63,953 bases of DNA. Origin: a virus. Taxonomy: Duplodnaviria > Caudoviricetes. Position numbers and translations under genes: made by a program. The stretch covers positions 1 through 63,953 of IMG/VR virus record IMGVR_UViG_3300030329_001933; one strand, 5' to 3'. Shown one piece after another: positions 19,003 to 27,826 of this stretch; position 1 is the first letter of the stretch, and each line of letters starts with the position of its first letter. The notes beneath the pieces were generated by a model. It saw only the letters and a program-made list of their open reading frames with translations. It was not told the origin of the DNA and did not search any database.

Positions 19003-19064
19003 TTTTTTTAAAATTTAGTTAATATTACTTTTTTACACTTACTACATTTAAACTTTGCCATAAC

Positions 19065-19328
19065 TTAGTGAACATCATGTGACATACATATAAAATCATA
19101 ATCAGTTATTTGATCTATTTTTATTTGCACATCGTTAGTTGATTTATGTTTTATCTCAAGGCTTCTTATAAAGTACTTAACATTCTGTAATTTTTCAGGA
19201 TCTAACTCTGTTATACAGGTTCTATGAGAGGATTCTTTCCAGGTTTTAGCTGGCTTCTCCACTCCCTTTACAAATCTTACTGTCCTCCACCTGTAGTGAA
19301 CAGTTGCATGGTATATCTCTTTTCTCAT
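19065..19328 (-). CDS. Hypothetical protein
   Basis: 87-aa ORF in operon. Confidence 0.6.
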   Translation of the reverse strand: MRKEIYHATVHYRWRTVRFVKGVEKPAKTWKESSHRTCITELDPEKLQNVKYFIRSLEIKHKSTNDVQIKIDQITDYDFICMSHDVH

Positions 19329-19716
19329 TTAACAATATATTTATTATCTCATCTAACCTAGCACTATGAGATTCTTTATACCTCTTCATAACGTTAAGTA
19401 ATTTATTTCTTAAGATCATTGAGTCACTTTTATCCAAGCTATCTATCTCTAACTTATAATATCGAGACAGCTTATCAAATTTACTCTCATTTAAGAAAGT
19501 TTTATACATGTGGATTATACTGGCATGACTCATGTCAAACATTCTAGATGTCTCAGTCCAGTTTAAGCTGTATTTACTTCTCATATAGTAAACAGATAGC
19601 TTTCTAGCGTCAACTATGTTTCTCTTTCTACTCTTTTTTAATATACTACCCTTACTAACATGCGTTAGTTTGCTAGCAATATCTAAAGCTTCTTCAAAAA
19701 TATCCTTTATTGTCAT
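19246..19716 (-). CDS. DnaA C-terminal (domain IV)-like HTH protein
   Basis: ILKKSRKRNIVDARK...MFDMSHASIIH resembles DnaA domain IV. Confidence 0.7.
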   Translation of the reverse strand: MTIKDIFEEALDIASKLTHVSKGSILKKSRKRNIVDARKLSVYYMRSKYSLNWTETSRMFDMSHASIIHMYKTFLNESKFDKLSRYYKLEIDSLDKSDSMILRNKLLNVMKRYKESHSARLDEIINILLNEKRDIPCNCSLQVEDSKICKGSGEAS

Positions 19717-19799
19717 AATAAACTCTTTAAAATTTCTTTAATAAAATAATATGTAAACCCAAGTCCCAGCACTATATAAAATATATCAAAAAGAATCAT
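19713..19799 (-). CDS. 28-aa single-TM microprotein (not in ORF track)
   Basis: MILFDIFYIVLGLGFTYYFIKEILKSLL*; bridges the gap and overlaps the next start (ATGA). Confidence 0.5.
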   Translation of the reverse strand: MILFDIFYIVLGLGFTYYFIKEILKSLL

Positions 19800-21108
19800 T
19801 TGGCTCTGCTGTTATATATTTCTCACTATAATCCTGGGGATCTACAAACTTAGTGTACTCTTTCTTAAATTTTAAAGGTAGGGTTCCAGTACCTATGTTT
19901 CTACCTTTAGCAAATATAAGGTCTACTAAGCCCTCTGTTGATTGACCACTATCATCAGTAGTAATCCCATAGTATTCAGGTCTGTACACTAACATAACAA
20001 CATCAGATGCCTGTTCGATCTCACCACTCTCACGAAGGTCGGAGAGGCTAGGTCTACACCCATCTCTACGCTCTACACCTCTACTAAGCTGAGATAGAGC
20101 AACTATTGTGATGTTAAGTTCTTTAGCTAAGTTCTTAAGTTCACGAGCCACCAGGGCTACCTCTTGCTCTCTAGAATGACCACTACCCTTAACAAGTTGT
20201 AGGTAGTCTACTAGAACAAACTTAACCTCTTTAGTTATTACGTACTGCCGTATCTTATTTAATAGGTATCTAAGGGATGAGTCTTTACACTCGTCTATAA
20301 ATAAGCTGACACCTTCTAGTTTGCCTATAGCTTTATCTACTCTAGAAAGTTCACTACTCTCTAGTGCCCCCTTCATTATATACCTATTATTAACCTCACT
20401 CTCTAAGGATACTAACCTCTGAAGAAGCTGTGTATCCCCCATCTCGTAAGAGAATACTGCGGCAGGTATCCCTACCTTAGCACAGTTATAGCAGAACGCT
20501 AAACCAAGTGATGTTTTTCCCATAGATGATGCCCCACCAATAACAATAAAGTCAGTCTCTTGCCAGCCGCCAGTAAACTTATCTACAGATTGAAAACCCG
20601 TAGGCAGACCCACCATATTTTCAGAAGACATCCTTCTCTGTATATCGTCATGTAATACCTTTAATTGTTTTTTAATATCAGGTATATCACTACCTCTAAT
20701 CTCAGAGATAGACTTCATCTGTTCCTCTACAAACTCTATAACGTCAAATAGATCACCTCCATTATCAATCTTCTTTGTAGTTAATTCTGCTAATTTTTTC
20801 AGCCTTATCTTCTTATCTTCCTGAGATAGATATAAAACTATGTTTTTGGTCAGGTAGGCATAGTGATCAGATGACATACACTCAGCCACCCTTAGATCGA
20901 CTAATGGATCTTTAATAGCAGAGGATATGACAATCATGTCAGCTTTATCTCCCTTGTCTAATTTACCTGATACAACCCTATATATTTTTCTATTTAAAGG
21001 ATCAGAAAATATATCCTCAGACATAAGGCTATGACAGTCATAGTAATCCCTTGGATGAGATATAATCTTACCGATAAGCCTCTTCTCCATCTCCATATTA
21101 TCTTTCAT
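19786..21108 (-). CDS. dnaB: Replicative DNA helicase DnaB
   Basis: GLPTGF, Walker A GASSMGKT, FSYEM, VDYLQL, LSQLSRGVE, SDLRESGEIEQASD, AKGRN. Confidence 0.96.
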   Translation of the reverse strand: MKDNMEMEKRLIGKIISHPRDYYDCHSLMSEDIFSDPLNRKIYRVVSGKLDKGDKADMIVISSAIKDPLVDLRVAECMSSDHYAYLTKNIVLYLSQEDKKIRLKKLAELTTKKIDNGGDLFDVIEFVEEQMKSISEIRGSDIPDIKKQLKVLHDDIQRRMSSENMVGLPTGFQSVDKFTGGWQETDFIVIGGASSMGKTSLGLAFCYNCAKVGIPAAVFSYEMGDTQLLQRLVSLESEVNNRYIMKGALESSELSRVDKAIGKLEGVSLFIDECKDSSLRYLLNKIRQYVITKEVKFVLVDYLQLVKGSGHSREQEVALVARELKNLAKELNITIVALSQLSRGVERRDGCRPSLSDLRESGEIEQASDVVMLVYRPEYYGITTDDSGQSTEGLVDLIFAKGRNIGTGTLPLKFKKEYTKFVDPQDYSEKYITAEPNDSF

Positions 21109-21592
21109 CTGAAATGTATTTAGGTTTAACGTATCGGTTAGTTTTCTTTTTATCTAAATTGACTTCATCCTCCCAACCCCTAGCGTTAAGCCAAGTTCTA
21201 GGAAATTTTCTGTAAGTTCTGTCAGGTGTTGAATCAACGTAAGCCTTCACTCCTTTTATAGCTTTACCCATTTGAGTTAAGGTTAAGTTCATAAATGTCT
21301 TCCTTGTGTTAGGCTTATCTTTCTTGTAGTCGTATAAATTCCAAAACATTTCAAATGCTTTTTCTTTTCTTTGCTTTTCAGTCTTAGGTTTAACATCTCC
21401 AGTAAGCCTTAAATCCATAGTGTTAAAGTGATTAACAATATTGTTAAACACACAACTGGATTCTATCTCGTTGTTATAAACAGATTGGTGAACATTTGAT
21501 GAGGTATGAAAGTTAATAGAGCGACCATCAACCTCAATAAATTCTACTTTATCTATGTTAATAATGTCTGTATCCGACACTCTATATTTCAT
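21098..21592 (-). CDS. Putative replication initiator / helicase loader
   Basis: FEMFWNLY...YRKFPRTWLNARGWEDE typical of phage replication-initiator C-termini; directly upstream of dnaB. Confidence 0.65.
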   Translation of the reverse strand: MKYRVSDTDIINIDKVEFIEVDGRSINFHTSSNVHQSVYNNEIESSCVFNNIVNHFNTMDLRLTGDVKPKTEKQRKEKAFEMFWNLYDYKKDKPNTRKTFMNLTLTQMGKAIKGVKAYVDSTPDRTYRKFPRTWLNARGWEDEVNLDKKKTNRYVKPKYISDER

Positions 21593-21618
21593 AATTTTTA
21601 GTTTATTGGTTGGTAGTT

Positions 21619-21695
21619 AAAAAGAGAGGGGCACACAACTTGTAGTCTTATTGGTATTGTTGATCCACATTCCTCTAGTTGTGATAGACCCCCTC
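21619..21695 (-). terminator. Terminator-like hairpin with ~36-nt loop
   Basis: GAGGGG/CCCCUC and CACAACU/AGUUGUG stems followed by UCUUUUU. Confidence 0.55.
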
Positions 21696-21700
21696 AATCT

Positions 21701-21970
21701 TTAGAACGGTAAGTCGTCAGCTACTGGCTCAGCCTTCTTAGCTTCAGGCTTAAAGGTATTCACCTCAACGTAGTGAGTCTTACCATAATCATTGGTTTCT
21801 TTCATCTTAGCTACCTTTAGCTTGATGAATTTTTCACCATTGTACTCGAACATGTGTTCGGTTGCCTCCTTACCTAACTTAGTTAAGTTTAAAGAGAACT
21901 CTACCATGTCTCCATCAAATTTCTCTACTCCGTTTCCTACGTAGATTCTGTCAGTTGTCTTGTTGCTCAT
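21701..21970 (-). CDS. Single-stranded DNA-binding protein
   Basis: Small beta-rich protein with acidic DDLPF tail, in recombination operon. Confidence 0.75.
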   Translation of the reverse strand: MSNKTTDRIYVGNGVEKFDGDMVEFSLNLTKLGKEATEHMFEYNGEKFIKLKVAKMKETNDYGKTHYVEVNTFKPEAKKAEPVADDLPF

Positions 21971-21974
21971 AGTT

Positions 21975-22172
21975 TTAAGCTTTTGTAAAATAATTAACTA
22001 GTGCCTCCCTTTCTGTTACGTGAATTAACTTAGATATTTTTCTAACGTGCTTAATTCTAAACTCGTCAGGTTTATCTAAGTATTTATCTAGGGTAGGTCG
22101 GCTTAACCCTAATCTTTCAGCTAACCAAATTTTACTAATCTGATTCTCTGTTAGTTTTTCTTTTAGTGTCAT
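21975..22172 (-). CDS. Cro/XRE-like HTH regulator
   Basis: ISKIWLAERLGLSRPTLDKYL. Confidence 0.8.
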   Translation of the reverse strand: MTLKEKLTENQISKIWLAERLGLSRPTLDKYLDKPDEFRIKHVRKISKLIHVTEREALVNYFTKA

Positions 22173-22936
22173 AAGGTTTCCATTATTAAGTGTTCGTCTA
22201 CGGACTCCTCATTATCTATAAAGAACCTCTTATAAAGCCCTAAAAGATATTTATACTCTTGTCTACCTCTCTCTATAAACTCATCGCCAGCATAGAAGAT
22301 CGACACGTTATAAGGTCTTTCTTTCTCTTGAGTTATAAATATAAACTCATCACAGCCAAAGCCATCCATATAGAAAGCTGATTGTCTGTCGTATCCATAC
22401 TTCTTGCAAGAGTTAGAGAAACCATAAAAGCTTCCATCTGCCGTAGTCTTAAGGTCTATAAGTACAGATCCGTTCCTATAATCAGCCTTACCTTTACAAA
22501 ATACGTCAGTATCCTCATCCTTCCAAGCGTTAGCTATTTCCCTTTTACCTTCCTTCTGTAGTAGGTCGTTAACCTCGTTATGAGAGAATAAAACATCTTG
22601 CATATACATAATCTTATCGTACTCTTTCTGTAAGATTATGGTAGTAGCATCAGGGTTGTTAGCCTTAAACTCCTTATAACCTTTAGTAGCCCTTGTAGAT
22701 GAGTCGAATACTAAAACCTTATTATTAAAATCGTTAGGTTCTAACATAGCTACATGATAAGCCCTTCCAAAGATCATGGGTAAGGTCTCTTTATTGAGTT
22801 CAGGATGATCCCTCATCATTCTGTAAGTTCTAACGTCCTGCTTTATTAACCCTAACTGCGAGTTTGTAACAAACTCGTAGTCAGAGTAATAAAAGGAGTC
22901 ATCGACCAACTTACTTATAAAGCTGTCTAAACTCAT
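22169..22936 (-). CDS. RecE/exonuclease VIII-like PD-(D/E)xK exonuclease (DUF3799-like)
   Basis: FGRAYHVAMLEP, CKGKAD, IDLKTT, YGYDRQSAFY. Confidence 0.85.
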   Translation of the reverse strand: MSLDSFISKLVDDSFYYSDYEFVTNSQLGLIKQDVRTYRMMRDHPELNKETLPMIFGRAYHVAMLEPNDFNNKVLVFDSSTRATKGYKEFKANNPDATTIILQKEYDKIMYMQDVLFSHNEVNDLLQKEGKREIANAWKDEDTDVFCKGKADYRNGSVLIDLKTTADGSFYGFSNSCKKYGYDRQSAFYMDGFGCDEFIFITQEKERPYNVSIFYAGDEFIERGRQEYKYLLGLYKRFFIDNEESVDEHLIMETL

Positions 22937-23505
22937 TATACTAGGGTTTTAGATATTTTAAGGACTTTATTAAGGTTGTCTTGTTGTGTCTTAGTCATGG
23001 TGTATCCACCCATTTTTTGCTCAACAACACTACCCTTACCATCCTCAATAGCCTTCATCATACTCTTATATTGAGAGTCTGTTAGCTTAGGTTTAGATGT
23101 AGCTTTCTTAGTGTTAGGGCTAGTTCCCTTAACTGCCATATTGCCATCATCATCATCTCCAGTAACTACACCTACGAATGATGCTAAAGCATATCTTCTT
23201 GCATAGGATATTGCAGAGCCTACGCCATGCGCATCTTCTTTTGCAGGTATGTAGCATGTTGATGCTAAATATTCTCCACTAGAATGTGATAGGATTGTTG
23301 TTACTCCACCTACATCTGTAGGCATCTGAATGATAGCTAACTCGTTGTCTGCTAGTAATTTACGAACAGAGTCCCATACTGATCCAAGATCGGCATAGCT
23401 TGACTTGAAGAAAGGATTTTTTGAGTTTTCTTTAGCGGGTCTTAGTTGAGACTGCACTTTCGATAAGGCAAGGGTTAGCTTGCCAATTGTTTCTGACTTT
23501 TCCAT
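22936..23505 (-). CDS. erf: ERF-family single-strand annealing protein
   Basis: KNPFFKSSYADL, TILSHSSGE, GSAISYARRYAL, DDDDG. Confidence 0.92.
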   Translation of the reverse strand: MEKSETIGKLTLALSKVQSQLRPAKENSKNPFFKSSYADLGSVWDSVRKLLADNELAIIQMPTDVGGVTTILSHSSGEYLASTCYIPAKEDAHGVGSAISYARRYALASFVGVVTGDDDDGNMAVKGTSPNTKKATSKPKLTDSQYKSMMKAIEDGKGSVVEQKMGGYTMTKTQQDNLNKVLKISKTLV

Positions 23506-23540
23506 AGTTTTTGGTCTTTAAATTTAATTAACTTGTGATG

Positions 23541-23572
23541 CAAATATAGTGAATTTTTTTTACAATTCACTA
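23541..23572 (-). promoter_or_regulatory. Promoter (-7 TATATTTG) with overlapping inverted repeat (operator candidate)
   Basis: caaatata at 23541-23548; TAGTGAATT-N8-AATTCACTA at 23547-23572. Confidence 0.7.
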
Positions 23573-23579
23573 AGGTTTT

Positions 23580-23942
23580 TTAGATAATTCCTAAAATATT
23601 ATAGGATAAACCTTCAGGTATTATCTTGTCTAGACTTTCAGCCATACCTTCCATAACGTTTTCTATATCGTCATTCTGATTAACTACCATAAGGATGCTA
23701 ATACCATCTTCTGAAGGCATCATTAAGGTGTGGCAAAGAAGGTTATGTCTCCCTATATCAACTTGCGTTACTGCTAAGCTATCTGTCTGAGGGAAATACA
23801 TATAGTTCACACCATTTATTTTTAAGGCTACCTCTAGCTTTTTCATATACGGGTGCTTATTAGGTTTTATTCTATTGTCTAGCCTATGATTTATACCCGA
23901 CTCTCTAAGTAACTCCTCAATCATTTCTCTTTCGTATTGCAT
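23580..23942 (-). CDS. Hypothetical protein
   Basis: 120-aa ORF, early region. Confidence 0.65.
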   Translation of the reverse strand: MQYEREMIEELLRESGINHRLDNRIKPNKHPYMKKLEVALKINGVNYMYFPQTDSLAVTQVDIGRHNLLCHTLMMPSEDGISILMVVNQNDDIENVMEGMAESLDKIIPEGLSYNILGII

Positions 23943-24243
23943 GGGCTTTGTGGATAAATTCTACTAAAGATAAGTCTTTTTGTAGTAATTCCTCAAAATC
24001 CTCTGTTCTAAAATGCCTATCCATATACTCTATTGTTGAGTATATTTTATTTCTATTAATTGTTGCACTCTTAGTGAATATGCCTTGATTTTTATATCTC
24101 TTAGATATTAACACCATATCTTTATATATAGGTTGTATATACTTCTTGTTAACCTTAGCATATAGAGTATACTTGTAGCAAGGATCTTTTTCCCCCCTCA
24201 TCCATATCTGATCAACATCAATCGTCTTCACTTGATTACTCAT
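23917..24243 (-). CDS. Hypothetical protein
   Basis: 108-aa ORF, packed. Confidence 0.65.
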   Translation of the reverse strand: MSNQVKTIDVDQIWMRGEKDPCYKYTLYAKVNKKYIQPIYKDMVLISKRYKNQGIFTKSATINRNKIYSTIEYMDRHFRTEDFEELLQKDLSLVEFIHKAHAIRKRND

Positions 24244-24457
24244 CTTCTTTAAATTTATCTAGTTCTACTTCTAGCTCTGTTATAATGCTTCTATACATTT
24301 CTCTATCTAGGTCTATAGTTAACTCTAGGTCTTTAATTTTCTTCTCCATAGCTTCTATTCTAACTCTTTGAAATTCTTCTACATCCATAATTAGTTTCTT
24401 TACTTTATTAATATTTCCTTGATGTACCCATTGGTGTTTTGTGAAATCCACTATCAT
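24236..24457 (-). CDS. Hypothetical coiled-coil protein
   Basis: 73-aa ORF. Confidence 0.65.
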   Translation of the reverse strand: MIVDFTKHQWVHQGNINKVKKLIMDVEEFQRVRIEAMEKKIKDLELTIDLDREMYRSIITELEVELDKFKEDE

Positions 24458-24461
24458 CCCT

Positions 24462-24653
24462 TTAAAGTTTAGTATATGAAAGGACTTGAAATTCTCCTAT
24501 CGGATCTTCAAGGGTAAATGATTCTATCTCATCCTCGTTTTCAAATGTGTAGAAGATAGTATCATCATCTACAGATGCTGGACTTGTAGAGACAATCTTT
24601 GTTTCGGTGTAAAGATCGTCCCACCATTTTATTTCCACTTCGTATAGTGCCAT
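24462..24653 (-). CDS. Hypothetical acidic protein
   Basis: 63-aa ORF. Confidence 0.65.
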   Translation of the reverse strand: MALYEVEIKWWDDLYTETKIVSTSPASVDDDTIFYTFENEDEIESFTLEDPIGEFQVLSYTKL

Positions 24654-24654
24654 A

Positions 24655-24900
24655 TTAATTATCGTTTATTAGTTCGTTATTACTATGTATGTTTAAGGTG
24701 TTGATAAGCATTGTTTCCACCCAATCATACTGCTCGTTATAAAAGTCTTGAGCATCCTCCTGAAACATCATTACATGCTCTTGACCAACCTCTGATGAGG
24801 GTGCGTAAGTATCCTCTCCAAATCTCTGTATGGTAATCTGCGTTGCTATCTCATCTATAAATTCCATATAGCGTGAGTTATCTATAAATATCTTAGCCAT
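24655..24900 (-). CDS. Hypothetical protein
   Basis: 81-aa ORF. Confidence 0.65.
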   Translation of the reverse strand: MAKIFIDNSRYMEFIDEIATQITIQRFGEDTYAPSSEVGQEHVMMFQEDAQDFYNEQYDWVETMLINTLNIHSNNELINDN

Positions 24901-25295
24901 TATAAATGTCCCCCATAGTTTTCGTTATTAACATCGTACCTTGTTTCTCTATTTGCTTCAGGCTCATTCATATTAGGTACTTCCTCAACCCCTGTTCCAT
25001 ATTCAAGTTCAGCATGATTAAACTCATTATCTAAGGCTTGTTCCCAAGCATCATTACCCCATAGCCACTCATCAGTATCTTCTAGCGGTATATCTTTAGG
25101 TATTTCAATTGTTATCTTAGCTACCTTATGATATACTCTGCGTTCAGTTATTGTAACGCTACGCATACCGAAATGCTTTATATCATTAGTTAGTAAGGCT
25201 CTGTTAAGTTCAGCCATATCTTTAACGTGCTTTTCGATAGGTCTGTTTCGATTGTATTGGTCAATCAAAAATTGTTGGTGTTCTTTACTTCTCAT
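24900..25295 (-). CDS. Hypothetical protein
   Basis: 131-aa ORF ending YGGHL. Confidence 0.65.
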   Translation of the reverse strand: MRSKEHQQFLIDQYNRNRPIEKHVKDMAELNRALLTNDIKHFGMRSVTITERRVYHKVAKITIEIPKDIPLEDTDEWLWGNDAWEQALDNEFNHAELEYGTGVEEVPNMNEPEANRETRYDVNNENYGGHL

Positions 25296-25311
25296 TGTTT
25301 TAAATTTAAGG

Positions 25312-25713
25312 TTATTGTAATTCTACAACCATATTAATATTAAATATCTCGTAGTAGTCTCCTACCTCTGAATGTATAGCGTTGTCCTCTCCTACACATA
25401 CCATAGTTCTACCACCCTCTCCATTATTGTCATCACAACAATCGTAGATTTTATCCATTATAAAAGAGGTTACTGCATCTACATCCTTGTACCCCTCGTA
25501 CCATTTGAGGTGTCCACCATAATAGATGACAAACTTTGTTGTCTCCTCGATCATCTCATTATTATCGTTATACTTATTCCACCTCTGTGTGTAATCCTCT
25601 TTAGTAAAGGCAGGGTAATCTCCCTCAAGTAAATCGTGTTCGTTCATAATAGCATCTAACTCTACTTCATCTTTTTTTGGTACTGCTATATGTACCTCGC
25701 TTCTGTATCCCAT
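25312..25713 (-). CDS. Hypothetical phage early protein (MGYRS...KWY...GED type)
   Basis: 133-aa ORF. Confidence 0.7.
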   Translation of the reverse strand: MGYRSEVHIAVPKKDEVELDAIMNEHDLLEGDYPAFTKEDYTQRWNKYNDNNEMIEETTKFVIYYGGHLKWYEGYKDVDAVTSFIMDKIYDCCDDNNGEGGRTMVCVGEDNAIHSEVGDYYEIFNINMVVELQ

Positions 25714-25718
25714 AATTT

Positions 25719-26084
25719 TTAATTGTTTGGTGTATTTAATTCATCATCTTCGCAATAGTGTTCTAATACATCCCCATTATCATCAAGGTTATCGTAAGAA
25801 CATTTATCGCAAGTCTTATATTCTGTATTGTTTTGGTTATAATCTTTAATAAATTCTACCACCCTATCGTAAACTACCTCTATATTGCAAGTTAGTAGTG
25901 CATCGTTTATAAAATAATGCTGACCATCTGTATTTTCATCTGAGGTTAAGCATTTTTCGGCTACTGGCATAAGCCAATCCCAAGAGGTGTGGTATTTTAA
26001 TTGACCATACTCTTCGATAGCACAATCAATATCAACTTCATCAACCCCCATAAATTCTGCTATAAGTTTATTTGTCTTTTCCAT
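25719..26084 (-). CDS. Hypothetical protein, NKLIAEFM/YHTSWDWL family paralog 1
   Basis: Shared motifs with 26280-26606. Confidence 0.7.
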   Translation of the reverse strand: MEKTNKLIAEFMGVDEVDIDCAIEEYGQLKYHTSWDWLMPVAEKCLTSDENTDGQHYFINDALLTCNIEVVYDRVVEFIKDYNQNNTEYKTCDKCSYDNLDDNGDVLEHYCEDDELNTPNN

Positions 26085-26244
26085 TTTTAGTTGTATTTGT
26101 TACGTGTTTAGTTGTATTTTCTTTCTTATAGATAGAGTATCTATACTGCTCATCAGCCATTCTTCGAGCCATTTGTTTCTCGATACTGATACCTTCCATT
26201 ATTCCCTCTCTCATAGAGGTAAATAGTTCTTTCATCTTTCCCAT
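26068..26244 (-). CDS. Hypothetical 58-aa protein (not in ORF track)
   Basis: MGKMKELFTSMREG...KNGKDK*; AAAAACT-ATG context. Confidence 0.6.
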   Translation of the reverse strand: MGKMKELFTSMREGIMEGISIEKQMARRMADEQYRYSIYKKENTTKHVTNTTKNGKDK

Positions 26245-26279
26245 AGTTTTTAATTGTTTTGATTTTTAATAAATTCTAC

Positions 26280-26606
26280 TTAAAAAGTAGTTACAATAGG
26301 TTTTCTTTCGTACCACTTTATAAACTCAATAATGTTGTTATAAGTCCCAAGCAAGTCTAAAGTAAAAAATGTAAAGTTTATATTATCTATAAGCCTTTGT
26401 TTTCCTATTTCACGATTTTTATCAACCTCTGTTGTTCTACATTTTTTTATTACTGGTATAAGCCAATCCCAAGAGGTGTGATATTCTAATGATTTAGTTG
26501 GCGTAACTAATACACCTATTGGTGCTTTCTCTACCATCAATGAATCATCATTAGGGATATAATAAGTCATCTCCATAAATTCTGCTATTAGTTTGTTATC
26601 TTTCAT
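26280..26606 (-). CDS. Hypothetical protein, NKLIAEFM/YHTSWDWL family paralog 2
   Basis: ATG 26606 (MKDNKLIAEFM) preferred over upstream TTG. Confidence 0.7.
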   Translation of the reverse strand: MKDNKLIAEFMEMTYYIPNDDSLMVEKAPIGVLVTPTKSLEYHTSWDWLIPVIKKCRTTEVDKNREIGKQRLIDNINFTFFTLDLLGTYNNIIEFIKWYERKPIVTTF

Positions 26607-26610
26607 AGTG

Positions 26611-26823
26611 TTAGTCTCTTGAGTTATCAATTATTTTCTGTTCCATATCGTTTATAGATGCAGTATCTAGAAAGTCATACAGAAAGTCTGTAATGTCTAT
26701 TGCTTGAGCAGACTTGTTGCAATGGTAAGTGATATTAGAAATCTCTAAGTCTTCCTCTGTAATGTAGGCATCCACTACTACCTCGTAGTTCTCCCTATAA
26801 ATAAGTGTTGTTGATGTGTTCAT
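26611..26823 (-). CDS. Hypothetical protein
   Basis: 70-aa ORF. Confidence 0.65.
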   Translation of the reverse strand: MNTSTTLIYRENYEVVVDAYITEEDLEISNITYHCNKSAQAIDITDFLYDFLDTASINDMEQKIIDNSRD

Positions 26824-26828
26824 AGTTT

Positions 26829-26981
26829 TTAGTTTTCTTCAGCGTTATTAAAGTCCCGCACAATTTCGATCGGAACTCTATATAGTATCTCTGTCTTGGG
26901 GTCTATCCACATCTCAAACTCTATCCCATCCCCCATATCGTACCATTCTAGTCGGTGTATAATTTCATCAGTTATTTCCAT
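26829..26981 (-). CDS. Hypothetical 50-aa protein (not in ORF track)
   Basis: MEITDEIIHRLEW...VPIEIVRDFNNAEEN*; fills gap. Confidence 0.6.
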   Translation of the reverse strand: MEITDEIIHRLEWYDMGDGIEFEMWIDPKTEILYRVPIEIVRDFNNAEEN

Positions 26982-27171
26982 CTTCGTTATTTAATTCATT
27001 TTTAATTCTACTTAATTTATTGTTTAGTTTTATAATCATACTTCTGTATACTTCATCATCTTCTTTTATTTCTTCATTATGCAAGTTCTGTTGTATAATC
27101 ATTTGTAGATACAAAACTTCATCTATATTTAAATAGTTGTAATCTTCCATAGTTTCTTTAGTTATCTTCAT
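26968..27171 (-). CDS. Hypothetical protein
   Basis: 67-aa ORF. Confidence 0.6.
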   Translation of the reverse strand: MKITKETMEDYNYLNIDEVLYLQMIIQQNLHNEEIKEDDEVYRSMIIKLNNKLSRIKNELNNEDGNN

Positions 27172-27376
27172 CTTCGTTTTGGTCTATTAGTTCTTGTATA
27201 TCTTCTATGTCGTGATTATCAGTAATCTCTTTACATAGTTTTATTAAGTAGATTAATGATTCTTTCTCGTCTGCACTCATATCTTGAATCTCCTCATAGA
27301 TATTGTTTAACGCTTCGTTGCAGTCTAATAAATCTTCAAGAGTATTCTCAAATCTGCAGTAGTTCATGTTTGCCAT
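27158..27376 (-). CDS. Hypothetical phage protein (MxNMxYCRFENT family)
   Basis: MANMNYCRFENTLEDLLDC. Confidence 0.7.
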   Translation of the reverse strand: MANMNYCRFENTLEDLLDCNEALNNIYEEIQDMSADEKESLIYLIKLCKEITDNHDIEDIQELIDQNEDEDN

Positions 27377-27390
27377 AATGTTTAGTTTTT

Positions 27391-27672
27391 TTATTGGTTA
27401 GTTGATTTCTTTTTAAATACTACTCTACCCATTGTCGCACCATAGAATAGTGGCATAAAGGTTTCGTGTTCTGTTTTACAATTAGGACAGATACCATCTT
27501 GTGTATCCATAAATTCCCCTACGTGAACGTGATGCCCACACTGACCTCTACACTCGCTTATCCAATTATAAAAGCTATCTGCATAAGCATCTTGTTTTTC
27601 TACTTCAGTCATAAAATCTAAATCTGCTTTTGTACGACTTGTCTCGTTCCAAATTCTTGTTCTCTTTTCCAT
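27391..27672 (-). CDS. Putative zinc-ribbon protein
   Basis: CRGQC...CPNC. Confidence 0.6.
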   Translation of the reverse strand: MEKRTRIWNETSRTKADLDFMTEVEKQDAYADSFYNWISECRGQCGHHVHVGEFMDTQDGICPNCKTEHETFMPLFYGATMGRVVFKKKSTNQ

Positions 27673-27826
27673 CTTTAATTTCTTTTAGCGGTTTTCTATT
27701 GTTATTTTTTTTAAATTCCTTGACTTTATAAAATATTTCTTGTAACTTCGCCTTCCTATGTAATAGCAGTTCGATTACATAATCCTCTTTTAAATTTTTA
27801 AATAATCTCTCTGCGATAAACAACAT
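27605..27826 (-). CDS. Hypothetical protein
   Basis: ORF overlapping next gene by 68 nt. Confidence 0.4.
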   Translation of the reverse strand: MLFIAERLFKNLKEDYVIELLLHRKAKLQEIFYKVKEFKKNNNRKPLKEIKDGKENKNLERDKSYKSRFRFYD

